From the NCBI RefSeq assembly GCF_009914755.1, contig NC_060939.1: 64,000 bases of DNA; one strand, written 5' to 3'. Positions 40,901 to 55,199 of the stretch are shown here, in pieces. The notes under the pieces are model-generated. The model saw only the letters and a list, made by a program, of their open reading frames with translations. It was not told where the DNA came from and did no database searches. Numbering within the stretch: position 1 is the first letter of the stretch; the number at the start of each line of letters is the position of its first letter. This DNA is from the human T2T-CHM13v2.0 reference genome, Homo sapiens. The position numbers and the translations under genes are program-made.

Positions 40901-42659
40901 TGAGTGAGGTTGGGTTGCATATTGCTTTTGCTCCCCATCTGTGAGATGGCCACTGGCTGGCGAGCTAGCTGAATTTGGCCTAATTTCCAAGGGAATCGAA
41001 CCTGCAGTCCACCTGTGCCTGAAAGGAGATATTAGCATTGCATCCATGTCTACTCCAGGAAGAATGGCCTCTGTTTCTCTGGTATTTGGAGATGAGGCCT
41101 TGCTCATATTACCTTGGGAGGTAATGTGAACAAGATGGAAATTAATACTTATTGAACATTTTATGTAATGTGCTTATTAAACTATCTGAGGACTTATTTT
41201 TTGTTATTTCTTTTTGTGATGCCATTTGTTTACAGTACAAATACAGATCATAAATTTATGATTCAATGAGTTTTGTCAAATGCACACATGCATATAACCC
41301 GTACCCCTATCAAGATGTAAAACATTTTCAACACTATGGAACATTCTTTTTTCTTATTCAAGATATATTTTTACTCATCCTTAATCTTTGTATTTCTGTA
41401 CATTTTAGAATCAGCTTGTTCATTTCTACTAAAATATCTGCTGGGATTTTTATTGGCACCATCTTTGATTCTATAGATCACTTTGAACATACTAAATATA
41501 TTGTAATCCTAAACATATTGAATCCTCCAACCCATTAACATGATATATACATAATACATGTATTGACGTCTTCTTTAATTTCCCTAAAAGTGTTATATAG
41601 TTTTCAGTTTACAGGTCTTACACATATTTTATTAAATTTATCCCTAAGTATTTAACTATCCTTAACTATTGTAAGTGGTATATAAATGCTAATTTTTCAA
41701 ATTATTTTTGGTAGGATGAAAAAATACACTCAATTTCATATATTGACTTTGTGTATTGCCACCTTGCTAAATTTACTCATTAATTGATTTTTTTTTCTTG
41801 TTGTGGATCTCTTAGGATTTTCTATTAATACATAAGTAATCATGTCATCTGTGAGTCAAGGCATGTTTACTTTTCTTATTTCCAGTATTTATGCTGTTAT
41901 TTCTTTTTCATGTCTTAATGTACTGGCTAGGACATCTAGTACAATATGAAGATGAAGTGGTAAGCATATATTTTGCCTGGTTTCAGCTTTTATGAAGGCA
42001 CCATTTGTTTTCTCACCATTGCATATGTTAGCTGTAGGTTTTTTCTAGAGATCCTTTATTAAATTGGGGAATTTTTCTTCTGTTTTTACTTTGCTGATAA
42101 TATTATACTATGAATAGGTGCAAATTACTGTCAAATGCTTTCTCTGTATCTATTATGATGATTTATGATGTTTTCTTCCTTTAATCTGTTAATGTAGTGA
42201 AATACATTGATTTTTTAATAGATAAACCAATAATGCATTCCTGGGTACACCTCACATGTTCATGATGTATTTTTATATTTGATAGGGTTGATTTCTTAAG
42301 GTTTTATTAAGGATTTTTTGTCATTCTTCATTGTATTTTGTATCTAATTTTCATTTCTTGCAATGTCCCTGCTTGGTTTTATGTCAGGGTTATACTAGCC
42401 TCATCTATTCTCTCAATGACTTTGTGAATACTTCATCGTCTTTATTTAAGTATCCCATTTCTTTAACAGATACATGCAGACTTTTTATATTAATATATTG
42501 CTGTGTCCATTTTGTTCAGCTGTACTTTACAAAGAATTTCATCTTTGTTTTTTAATTTATTTGCAAAAAAAAGTTTATTATGTTTTCTTATTATCTTATG
42601 TCCATAGGACCTGTAGTGATGTTGCATTTTTTCTGTTAGTGATATTAGCATTAGTAATT

Positions 42660-42873
<214 letters not shown>

Positions 42874-42876
42874 GTA

Positions 42877-42908
<32 letters not shown>

Positions 42909-43026
42909 GTTCTTGATCTATCTTGCTAGATAGATCAAGGGTACATTCAACACAATTTATCACTGTTGATGTTGACCTTAATCACTTGGAGATAATGTTT
43001 GATAGGTTTCTCCATTGTTAATTTAC

Positions 43027-43330
43027 TTTTTTTTTTTTTTTTTTTTGAGACGGAGTCTCACTCTATCACCCAGGCTGGAGGGCAGTGGCGCCATCTCAGC
43101 TCACTGCAAGCTCTGCCTCCAGGTTCACACCATTCTCCTTGCTCAGCCTCCCAAGTAGCTGGGACTACAGGCGCCCGCCACCATGCCCAGCTAATTTTTT
43201 TGTGTGTTTTTAGTAGAGACGGGGTGTCACCGTGTTAGCCAGGTTGGTCTCAATCTCCTGACCTCGTGATCCGCCCATCTCAGCCTCCCAAAGTGCTGGG
43301 ATTACAGGCGTGAGCCACCGTGCCCAGGCT
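43027..43330 (-). mobile_element. AluY-like
   Basis: GCAAGCTC and CACCGTGTTAGCCAGG diagnostics; TSD TCCATTGT[T/A]AATTTACT. Confidence 0.92.
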
Positions 43331-45463
43331 GTCCATTGTAAATTTACTTTTTTTTTTTTAACTTCTCCATACTTTATTCTTTGGAAGAAATTTACTATGC
43401 ACAGCCCACACTTAGGGAGTAAGGCGTTATACTCTACCTCCTAATGGGTAAAGTATCTACCTAAGCTGTTTGAAATTCTTCTGCACATAATATATTTCTC
43501 TTCTTTCCCATTAACTTATTTAATCATTTATCTATGTCTGTATGGATATATGGATATTTATTTTAAACTTAGGGTTATAATCTAAAACTACTTTGTTTAT
43601 TTTGTTTCTCAAGTTGTTCTAGGCTTGACCATTGGGGGCTTTCTGTGTTATTTTTATTAGTAGAATTTTTTATTGAAGAATAATTGAAGTACACTAAAGT
43701 GAACATACCTGAAGGGATCTGTTTGATCAGTTTTGACTTGCATATATGCCTATAAAGCCATTACCACAAACAGGATAACAAACATTTCCATTTTACCCAA
43801 AATTCTCTCTCCACCGCTATCCCAAAGCAACCATGATCTCATTCAGTCACTACATGTTAGTTTGCATTTTCCAGAAGTTATATAAATGTAATCACACAAT
43901 ATGCACTTTTACCTTGCTTTTCCACTCAGCATAATTGTTCTGAGATTCATTCAGTTGTTGTGTGAGTTGCTGAGTAGTATTCCATTGTATAGATATACCA
44001 CAATTTATAAATCCATTCACTTGTTGATAGTCATTTGACTTGATTCCAGCGGTTGGCCGTTATAAATAAAGCTGCTATGTACATGTCTACAAGTCTTCGT
44101 GTGGCCATATGTTTTCGTTTCTTTTGGATAAATAACCGGAACATTGACTTATATGGTAAGTGTATGTTTAATTTTTAGGAAACTATCAGATTGTTTTCCA
44201 AAGAGCATGCCAATTTGTTTATATTCTTGCTAACTCTTGGTACTGTCAAAGATTTTTTAATACTTTGGTGATTACAATGGGCATGGATGGTATCTTATTG
44301 TGATTTTAATTTGATTTCCCTGAAGACTAATACCGTTGAGCATATTTTCATGTACTTGTTGGCTATTTATATTTCTTTTGTGTGAATGCTTATTCAGATA
44401 TTTTCCTCACTTAATATTAGCTTGTCTTTAGTTTTTGTTTTGTAAGAACTCTTTCTTCTGAATACAAATCATTTGTCTGATATGTTTGTTGTAAATATTT
44501 TCTTTCAGGTTATAGCTTGCTTTTTTTCTGTTGTTAAAGTTTCTTAATGGTTACCTTTGTATGGCAATTTTTTATTTTGATAAAATTCAATTTTTAAAAA
44601 TAATTTACCATTGTTGTGTTCTATCTAAGAAATCATTTCGTACCCCGAAGGTCACATAGCTTTTCTACTGTTGTTTTTTTTTTTAACAAATTTTATAGTT
44701 TTAGGTTTCAGCTTAGGTTTTTTATTCATTTGGAGTTGTGTTTATGTTTTGAAGTAATGGTTGATGTTTGTTTTATTGCAAATGGCTCTCCTATTGTTTC
44801 AACACTCTTTAATGAAACTGACTTGAAACTGTTGTCAAAATGAAATCTAGCCTCTCTGTTCTGTACATTTATCTATTAGTCTGTCTCCATGCCAATACTG
44901 CACTGTCTTGATTACTGTTGCATTATATGATGTCTTGACATCAGGTGGAGTAAGGCCTCCAATTTTTTTTCATTTTGGTTATTTTTCTTGTTTATTTTTA
45001 TAAAAGGCCATTGCATTTTTATATAAATTTGAATATTATCTAGTCAATTTCTTTTTAAAAGATTTCTGGAATCATTAATCTATATATCAATTTAGGGATA
45101 TTTGACACATTAACAATATTAAACCTTAACAATATTGTGTCTCCTGTTTCTTAAGAGGGGCTTGCCAATATCTGGATTTTCATTTATTTAAGTTTCTTCG
45201 CATTCTTAGCGCTCTATGGTTTTGTAGGTTGTTTGGTTTCTCGCCTTGTACTTTTTATATCTGTGCTGACTTTCTATATCCTAAGTAGAAGCAGAAGCCA
45301 TTTTTCTATAGTTTATTTTTAGCTTCTGATTCAAATGGTTTATAGCTTCTTTTTAAAATTTGTTTTTATTATTTTCTTTATAAAATAGCTTTATCGCAAT
45401 ATAGTTGAAGTGCAATAGTGTACACAACATTTAATATGTACAGTTTGGTAAGTTTTAATATAG

Positions 45464-46227
45464 TGAAACGGTAGGAGTTTTCCCTTATCCCCCCTCGCAG
45501 GGCAGCTCAAACCCCTAGGGGGAGCATGCAGACAGGCAGGTCGCGGGGAGCTGGGGCTCTGATCCCACAGCAGCCTCTGGGGTTGAGTGTTCACAGCTCC
45601 CGAAGCCCCAGTTGATGTGTGTTACAATGTGCTCTTTCAGCTTAGTCGTCCGCAGGCAGCTTGTGTTAATCAGATCAATTAGACCCTCTGCCTTATCGCA
45701 AGATAGAGAGCTTTCTGTATCCCAGGTTCTTGCCCTAGTGTATCAGAAAAATCAGATCACATGTGGGCTTGAAGAACGAGTGCAAGGTTTTATTGAGTGG
45801 TTAAGGTAGCTCTCAGCAGACGGATGAGTAGACAGAAGGGGGATGGAGTGGGAAGGTGGTCTTTCCCTGGAGTCCAGCCGCTCCATGGCCGGGCTTTCCT
45901 CTGACCTCCCTGGGCTGAATTTCCCTCCGTGACCGTGTCGCTGTGCTGTTAATGGCCTGCCGGCATCTGTCGGTGTGTTCTTCTGCCAGTGTGTTCCTCT
46001 CAACGCCCAGCTGCTTGTGTCTGTGCCCGCTAGGGTCTCGGAGTTTTTATAGACACAGGATGGGGTGTGTGGCGGCCACAGTGGTCTTGGAAAATGCAAC
46101 ATTTGGGCGCAAAAACAGGAGTGCCTGTCCTCACTTAGGTCCGTGGGGACAGGCCTGAGGGTGGTGGCCTCCCCAGGGACTGTCCCCCCTTCTCTACCCA
46201 GAACTTCCCTGCCCTGCTCCTGTATCA
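45464..46227 (-). mobile_element. ERV1 solo LTR (MER50-like)
   Basis: Minus strand begins TGATACAGGAG and ends ...GTTTCA. 4-bp TSD ATAG (45460-45463, 46228-46231). TATAAAAA at 46044-46051 and AATAAA at 45789-45794 on minus. Confidence 0.85.
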
Positions 46228-47311
46228 ATAGTATACACCTATTAAGCTATCATCACAATCAAGATAATGAATATATGACATTCTCCAATATTTCTTTATG
46301 TCCTCTTTGAATCACTCCAATACCACTGCCCCTATACCTAGGTAGCCACTGATCTGCTATAACTATGTATTGGTTGCATTTTGTAGAACTTAAATAAAAT
46401 TCTGCTTCCTTCACCTGTCGTAATTATTTGAGATTCATCTGTGCTGCTGCATGGATCGTCTGTTCATTGCTTTTGTGGCTGAGTAGTATTGCATTGTATG
46501 AATACAGCACAGACTGTTTATCTATTCATCTGTTGAGGGGAATCTGGGATGTTTCTGAGTTTGAGGTATTAAAAATATGGCTTCTATAAACATATCTGCT
46601 CATTTCTTTATGTGGATGTATGCTTTTATTTAACTTGGGGAATAAATTCATAGGAATGAAAAGACTGAAATACATGGTATATTAATTAAGTGATTTTCAG
46701 ATGTTAAATCAACCTCGCATTGCTAGGATATATCCAAATTGGCCAGGGATATAATCTCTATTATATAGTGCTAAGTTTGGCTCGCTCACATTTTCTCAAA
46801 GATTTTTCTGTGTTTATGAAATAACTTGATCTGTAGTTTTCTTTTCTTGTAATGTCTTCACCCGGTTTTGGCATCAGAGTACTTCTAGTCTCATAGAATC
46901 AATTGGGAAATATTCCCTCTTCTTCAATTTTCTGTAAGAGTTTGTGTAGAATTGTTTACCATCCTCTGTGAAGGCATTTAACCTTGGAAGATGTTTTCTG
47001 TTTATTTTGTTTGTTTTAAGGACGTCAAGTACAATATTAGTTTCTTTAGTAGATAGATAATTCATATTATCAATTTCCTCTTAACACTCTAGTTTGTATA
47101 TTTTAAAAATATTATCCATTTCATCTAACTTGTCAAATTTATTAATATAAAATTATTCTAATATTTCATAATTATTTTGCATATCTATAGATCTGTAGTG
47201 ACATTCTATCTCTCATTCCTGACACTGTAATTTATGTCTTCTCCCTGTTTTCCTGATTTGTCTGGCTAGTGGTTTACAGCTTTATTAAGCTTCTCAAAGA
47301 ACAAACTTTTT

Positions 47312-47684
<373 letters not shown>

Positions 47685-50271
47685 TTATTTCTATTGCTTT
47701 GTTTTTCTGTTTCACTGAGTGACACCTTTATCTTTTGATAATTTCAGTTCTTCCATGTACTTTCCATTTCATTTGCTTTTTTTCCCTGGTTTCCTAAAAT
47801 GCACTCTAAGGTCATTGATTTGAGACAATTTCCTTTTCTAATTTAGCTGTAGTGGAAGCCCACAAATTTGACCTGCTGTATTTTCATTTTTTCATTCAAT
47901 TTATACTTTCTCATTTCCCTTTAGAGTTTTTCCTTGATTTGTGTTCTTTAGCAGTGTGCTACTTAGTTTCTAAATGTTTGGGAATTGATTTTTCCAGAGC
48001 TCTTTCTATTATTGATTTTTAGTTTAATTGCTTTGTGGTTAGAGAACATATTTTGTATGACTTAAATTCTTTTAAATTTAATAAGATTTGTTTTGGGGCC
48101 CTGAATATTATTGACCTTTGTAAATGTCCTGTCGCATGTGGAAAAAATATATATTCTGTTGTTGGAGGTTGGAGTGTTGGAGTGTTCCATAAATGTCAAC
48201 TAGGTCAAGTGAGTTGACATTTTTGTCAGTCTTCTCTATCTTTGCTGACTTCCTGTCTACCTGTTTTATTAATTATTGAGAAAGGGTTATTGAAATATTT
48301 GCCTATAATTAGTAATTTGTTTATTTCTCCTTACAGTTTTATCAGTATTTGCTTCAAATATTTTGAAACACTGTTAGTGGATGTATACATTTTTAGAATT
48401 TTTATGTTCTCTTGATAAATTGAACCCTTTATCATTGTGAATTAATGTTACTTTTGGTCAGAATATTCTGCAGTCCAAAATTGACTTATTCTGTTATTAA
48501 TCTAGCAACTGTAGCTTTCTTTAGATTAATTTTAATACATTATATAATTTTCTGTTTTTTTCTTTTATGTATTTTGTTGATTTATATTTAAAATTATCCT
48601 TTTTGAAGACAACGTACAGTTGAGGCTTGGATTATCTGATAATACTGACTTTTAATTAAAGTTTTTAAACTCTTTAAAATTGCTGTAATTATTGACTTGC
48701 TAGCTTTAAATATTGCTATTCATTTCTATTTGTCTTTTCTGTATGTTGTTTCCCTTTTCACCTATTTTCTGCCTGCTTTGGGGTAAGATGAGTATCACTT
48801 ATAATTTGATTTTAATACCTGTTGGCTTATTTGCTATAACTCCTCATTTTGTTGCTTAGTGGTCTTTTTAAGGTTTATAGTATACACGTCTAATTTATCG
48901 CAGTCCTCAAATGATGTTATTTCACTTCAAATATAGCATAAGTACCTTACGACAGTATATTTTTAGGTGTCTCAGCTTTTGTGCTATCCTTATCATACAT
49001 GTGATTTTACATATTTTATAAACTCCACATTACATTGTTATTATTGTTTAAAAAATCAATATATATTGTTTAAAAATCAATCATCTTTTCAAGAGATTTA
49101 AATACAAGGAAATAACCTTGTGCATTTATCCAAGGTGGTTACCATTTTTGGTTCCCTTCACTCCTGTGTGTAGATACATACTAACTTCCTTCTGCCTGAT
49201 GGACTTTCTAGAGCATTTCTTGTTATGTGGGCCTCATGGTGATGAATTATTTTGGCTTTGCATGTCTAAAAATGTCTTTATTTTTTCTCATTTTGAAACG
49301 TATTTTTTTTTCTGGGTATAAGATTCTAAGGTTTTCTTTCACTGCTTTAAATATATTGTTCCACTGTCTTCCTGCTGGTCTTGGTTTTTGTTTTATGAGA
49401 AACTTGCTGTCATCCCTATTTGTGTTCCTGTGTGCATAATAAATCTTTTTCTTCCCCCCTGGATGTTTCTCTTTCTCAGGAATTTTGAGCAATTTGGTTA
49501 TGGTGATTATGGTGCCTTCATGTGATTTTTTTCATGCTTCTTGTGCACAAAGTTTGTTAAGTATCTTCAATAATTGGGTTTATAATTTTCATCAAATTTG
49601 GAAAGTTTTTGGCTATTATTTCTTCAGATATTTATCTGCCCTGCCCCTTTTATTAACACTGATTACACACGTTAGGGCTCTGAATGTTTTGTTATACAGA
49701 TTACCTATGCTCTTTTCATGTATGTATTGAGTCTGTTTTAATTCTTTCTGTGTTCCTTCTTGGGTAGTTTCTACAGCTATGTCTTCAAATTCGCAAGTCT
49801 GTTTCTCTGCAATGTCTACTTAATGCTATTCAGTGCATTATATTTTTTATCTCATTCTTGTAGTTTTCATTTTTCAAGTCTGATTTGGATCACATTTCTA
49901 TTTAACCTTTTGAACATGGGGAATAGAGTTGCAATAACAATTTTAATATTCTTGTATGCTAATTCTAATATTTGTATCAGTTCTGTGTTGGTGTGATTGG
50001 TTACTTTTTCTTCTCGTGTTACCTCATATTTTCTGCTTCTTTGTATGCTTGATAATTTTTCATTGGTTGCCCAACAATGTTAATTTATCTTGTTGAGTGA
50101 TGGATTTTTTTGTTTTGCTGTAAATATTCTTGAGCTTTGTTTGCCACTAAGTTACATCGAAGCAATTTGATCCTTTTGCATGTGCTTTTAAGATTTTTAT
50201 ACAGGACCTCATGTTCAGTCTATGGCTACTTATTCTCTGCTACTGAGGCAAGACCCTTCTGAGTATTCTAG

Positions 50272-50656
50272 TGGCTCAGTCCATTTGTGCAGCCGTAACA
50301 CAATACATGAGAGTGGGTAATTTATAGAGAATAGAAATTCATTTTTCACACGAACATTCACACAAAATTTATTTTCTGAAGTCTGGGAAGTTCAAAATCA
50401 AGGCACTGGCTGACTTAGTGTTTGGTGAGGGTATCTTCTCACAGTGTCTTCACATGGTGCAGAAGGCAGAAGGGATGGAAGGGCCAAAGGCACTAGGGTG
50501 CTCCCTTCAACCTCGTTTATAAGAGCACTAATCCATTCATGCAGGTGACACCATCATGACTTAACACCTTAAGGCCCAGTCTCTTAATATCATCACCTTG
50601 GGGTTTCAGTTCCAACACATGAATTTTGGAGGGACACATACTTTCAAGTCATAGCA
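50272..50656 (-). mobile_element. MaLR LTR (MSTC/D-like)
   Basis: GGGTAATTTATAGAGAATAGAAATT...GAATTTTGGAGGGACAC...CATAGCA. Confidence 0.75.
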
Positions 50657-50756
50657 TTTACACAAGGTCTCATAAATTATCTACCAGTTTGGCCACAAAT
50701 TTTGGCCTGGTATGAGTGCTAGGCACTGTTTAATTTTGGGGAGTTCTTTTCTTAGA

Positions 50757-51428
50757 GTATTAGTCAGGTTCGCCAGAGAAACAGAACCAAAATAGATATA
50801 TATAGGATATATTCTCTCTATATATTATAATAAATATTATATTAATATATTGATATATTAACATTAATATATGATTATAATATAATATATAATTATATTA
50901 ATATAATTATATAATATATTAACATGAATATATTATATAAAATGTTAACATTAACATATGTGTTATATATATATCATCATGATAGATAAATATATATATT
51001 TATTTGCTAATTATGAGGAATTGGCTCATGTGACTATGCAGGTGGAAGAGTTTCAGGATCTGCAGTCTGCAAGCTGGAGCCCTATGGGAAAGTAGATGGT
51101 GCAATTCAGTCTAAGTCCAAAGGCCTGAGAACCGGGGGGAGTCAGTGGTGTAAACCCGTGGGAGGGCAGGAGAAGTCAGAATGATATGTCTCAGCTCAAG
51201 CAGTAAGGCAAGAAAAATGGGACAAATTCTTTCCTCTGCCTTTTATTCTTTTGGACCCTCAGTGGATTAGATAATGCACCCCCACCTTGAGGAGGGCAAT
51301 CTACTTCACTGACTCTACCAATCCAAATGCTAATCTCACCCAGAAACACCCTCACAGACACGCCCACGACAATGTTCCATCTGGGTACCCATGGCCCATT
51401 TAAGTTGACACATATAATGAAACATCAC
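50757..51428 (-). mobile_element. MLT2 (ERVL) LTR with expanded AT-rich tract (~50795-51005)
   Basis: GTATTAGTCAGGTTCGCCAGAGAAACAGAACCAA...GAGGAATTGGCTCA...AAGTTGACACAT. Confidence 0.85.
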
Positions 51429-52690
51429 ACCCAACCTCCGGTAGTTTATGCACATGCATGCCTTGATCAGTACTGCTGAACACTCAACAAGGACTCTATG
51501 CTGATCTCTGGAGTTTTCTCCCTGTGCAGCTCTGTTCTGTGCACGCTATCTGCCTTGTTGTCCTGGAATCTCAGCTGTCTCTTCAACTCAGGGACTCTTT
51601 AGGGTTCTGCCTGAGTTCCACTTTTCTATGCCATAGCGTGGAGACAATGTCAAGGCAACTGTGGAGTTCACCGTTTTCTCTCTCTCAGGAATCACTGTCT
51701 TTTGTTGCCTAATGTCTGGGGACTTAAAAACTGTTATTTTGTATATTTTTTCTGTTTTTTTTTCTTGGCTGTCTCAGGCATGAGAGTAAATGTATTTCCT
51801 GTTATTCCATTTTATCTGGAAGGTGAAGTTAGCGTTTCTTTTTTGCAGAGATTACTACCTCCCTGGCCCATTGCGAGGCCTCCTTTGCAATTATGATCCA
51901 TCACACTTGTGACCACAGTATCTCCTTTTTTGTTTGTTGGTTCAGTGGGATGAACAGCCTCAAATTTAGGTCCCAAATTCAAAATATTGATCAATTTCAA
52001 ATCCGTATAAATCAAATTATTTTAAAGTGCTAACTGTGCTGCATATCTTTTCAAGCCCGAAGACAAAGAAAATGACTCACTGAGGAGCAGTAGAAGCAAT
52101 GACGAGGATGATGTCACACATTTGCTTGGTGTCTACTCAGCACTTGTGCTTGACATCTATGATCTCATTTGGTTCTGAATCCCCCAGAGTGGTGGGCACT
52201 ATTACCATCTCCATCTGATGTATGAGGAAACTGGGGACACCGTGTATGGAAGGATGACCGAAGATTGGTTAAGACTAAACTCTCAGCTTTGCCGAAAGTA
52301 AGACAGCCCATCAGGAAGGTGAAGAGCCTTGGACAACTGTGCCTCCATCAGGGCCTTGGTGGTAAGGTTGGCTTTTCTGGTGGGAGACAACCCACTGCTT
52401 TCTCAACCCTTTCTGTTCTTACCTTAAAGTCCTACCCAAGTAGACCTCATTTCCAGGAAGTCTCTTTAATAAAGGGTGGCTCCCTCCCATCCCAGTTCCT
52501 TAGTGACCTCCTGTAAGTGGTATCATTTTAGTTCCACCTCTGGGGAATATGTGCATAAAAACCTTGGGTTTTCAAAACAAGGCTCAGGAGAGAATATCTG
52601 AGAGTAAAGGACATGAACACTTCTCTTCATATTCCCAGGACCCTCCAGTGAACATGCCTTGTTTCCATCTGCCCATCACCTTTTCCTGCC

Positions 52691-52825
52691 TTCTTCTGAT
52701 GTTAGGATCATTCTTTTCTGGGAGTAGACCACTTATAAGGATTTAGGTGGGTTTCCCAAGCAGATATCTCATGTTCTGGGTCTGCTTGGCAAGCCAGAGT
52801 GCCCCAACCCAGATGATGAGCATGG
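52691..52825 (+). repeat. Local direct duplication B, copy 1 (partner 55415-55550)
   Basis: 44-bp exact match TTTTCTGGGAGTAGACCACTTATAAGGATTTAGGTGGGTTTCCC; about 90% identity over ~113 bp by hand. Confidence 0.93.
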
Positions 52826-53539
52826 TTCAGGAATATGCATGTAATCCATATCAGGATGATCAGAATCCACTCAAAACTTATCTTTTTACCAAAACTATTC
52901 AAAAGCCCTCCTCTCCTAGGGTTGGGAAGGTGTATATGGAGCTAGAGCTTCTACAGCATGGAAAGAACCTGTGAGCAGTGCAGGAGTCAGAGCCCAGGGA
53001 TGTTACTGGGTGTCTTGACCCAGCTGTGCTCCTGGACATCCAAGTTTTGGAAACCAATACTTCTAGCTTTTGTTCATGTTCATTTGAGCTTAATCTCTCT
53101 AGCTTACTCGTTTTTAGCTTTCTACTGAGAAGCCATATCCTCTCCACTAACTGTTCCAGGAGTGATTAATCACCTTACGAAGGAAGACCTTGCCTAACAC
53201 CAATTTTCAGATGATATCCCAACATTCATGAGAGGTGGAGGGGAGTGTTCCTCCAACTTGACCCAGCAATCATCCCAGAGCCCCTGATGTCATCACAGCA
53301 GCCTGGGCTTGCTCACCCGTGTTGTTGTGAGCCTCAGCGATGATGGTGCTGGGTCTGCAGAGTTCTGGCTGCAGGATGGAGTTGGAATATTGTACTCAGT
53401 GGAACTGAGCTGGGGCTGAACAAAGGCAAATCTTCTGCCCTGGGGATTAGGCATTCATCTGTGCCAACTCTCTTAAATATTTACAGATGTGGATTCGTGA
53501 CAATAAAATTTGTGTAGGTTATATTTAGAGAGAAAACGA

Positions 53540-53765
53540 AGAAACATCTGAGGAACCCCTGCTGTGTGCCATGTCCTGTGCTGGATGCTTTCTCAAGGTA
53601 CTTCATCTCATCTTCACAAGCTTCCTGGGGGCTATTTTGGATGCTCCATTTTATAGATGAGGAAACTGAGGCCGAAAGAGATTATATGACTTACCCAAGG
53701 CCATGCAGGTCAAAGTTCTAAATGATACAGCCAGGACTCAGCCCTAGGTCTTCTACTCTAAGTCA
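53540..53765 (-). mobile_element. MIR
   Basis: CCATTTTATAGATGAGGAAACTGAGGC...GACTTACCCAAGG core. Confidence 0.85.
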
Positions 53766-54024
53766 GGTTTGCTGTGAGTCGTGAAGTGGGTTAAAATGCA
53801 TGTGACAGAATACCAACAAAATAGGGTTGGTCAGGAGATAGGCAGCCTACACTCTAGAAAGTCAGCAGGAACCAAGGTACCTTCTGACTGTCTCCTCTCC
53901 CATCCTAATCCTCATCCTCATCCTCACACACACAAGCTAGAGGCCACATCTTGTCCATATTCCAAACAGAAAGAAAGGGAAGGGGAAAGTCCAAAAATGG
54001 ATGTTCCAGCAAAGTCTGCCCCAG

Positions 54025-54540
54025 TATGAGATTTCTGCTATTGCCATAATAGCTTACCAAAAATGTAGTCACTTTGAACAATGCAAAGTTATTATTTGAG
54101 AGTTCTTAATGTCAGAAGTCTGACACCGATCTCATTGAGCTAAATCAATAGAACAAAGGGGCTGCCTTTCTTTCTAGAGGTCCTGGGGGAACATCTGTTT
54201 CTTTGCCATTTCTAGCTTCTAGAGCCACCTGCATTCCTTGGCTCATGGCTCCCATCTCTCATCATCATAGCCAGCAGTAGGGTGAGTCCTCACACTACAT
54301 TTTTCTGAGTGCTTCCATCATCACATCTCTCTCTTTGAACAGAGCCAGAAAAGGTTCTCCACTTTTAAGAACACATGTAACTAGTTGGGGCCACCTGCAT
54401 AATTCAAGAAAACCTCCCTATATCAAGGTCTTTACCCTTAATCACATTTGCAAAGTCATTTTTACCATATGAAGTAATACATTCTCAGGTTCTAGGCATT
54501 AGGATGTGGGTTGGGTGGCTGTTATTCCAATGGCCACAGC
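54025..54540 (-). mobile_element. MLT1 (D-like) LTR
   Basis: TCAGAAGTCTGACAC...GCATTCCTTGGCTCATGG...TTAATCACATTTGCAAAGTC...ATTAGGATGTGG. Confidence 0.7.
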
Positions 54541-55199
54541 CCTCTTCTAATAAAGTTTCCCTACAAGCTTCATGTAAAATGTCTTGGCCATAATAGAGTC
54601 GCCAAGTTATTCCTGCAAGGGAAGCTGGGAAAAGTAAATTGTTTACTTAACTGGGCACATTGGCTTCACCAGCAGGGAAGACTGAATATTAGGTAATCTA
54701 CTTGCTATTTCTCCTACACAGGCCTAGAGTTACACAAAACGTACTTGGGAGTTAACTTTCTTTTCTAACTCTCTGAAAAGGTTTGTCCTTGGCAACACAT
54801 CTCCTTCCCTTTCTTTGGCCCCCAAGTGATACCTCATGATAGATGTATCCATATACTCACCTATAAGTGTATCTATCTATCTATCCCTCTATCTCTATAT
54901 TTGCATTAAGTAGACACAGAGAAAATATTTGTTGAATAAATGGAGATTTGATCTCCTATATCTCATGTATTTAGCCTGAAAAAAATGCTAAGATTCTCTT
55001 AATTTCATAGAACTGTGATATAGATCTGTGATACAGCAGAAGTAACCCTGCAGTCTAAAGAGAAGATCTGAATTCAGTTCTACCTTTGCTGTATGCTAGC
55101 TTGGATGACAAAAGGCAAAATGTTTCACTGTCCTTAACTATGACATATAAACAATGTCTATCCCAGAAGACAGTTTTAAAATTAAATATACTAAATGGT

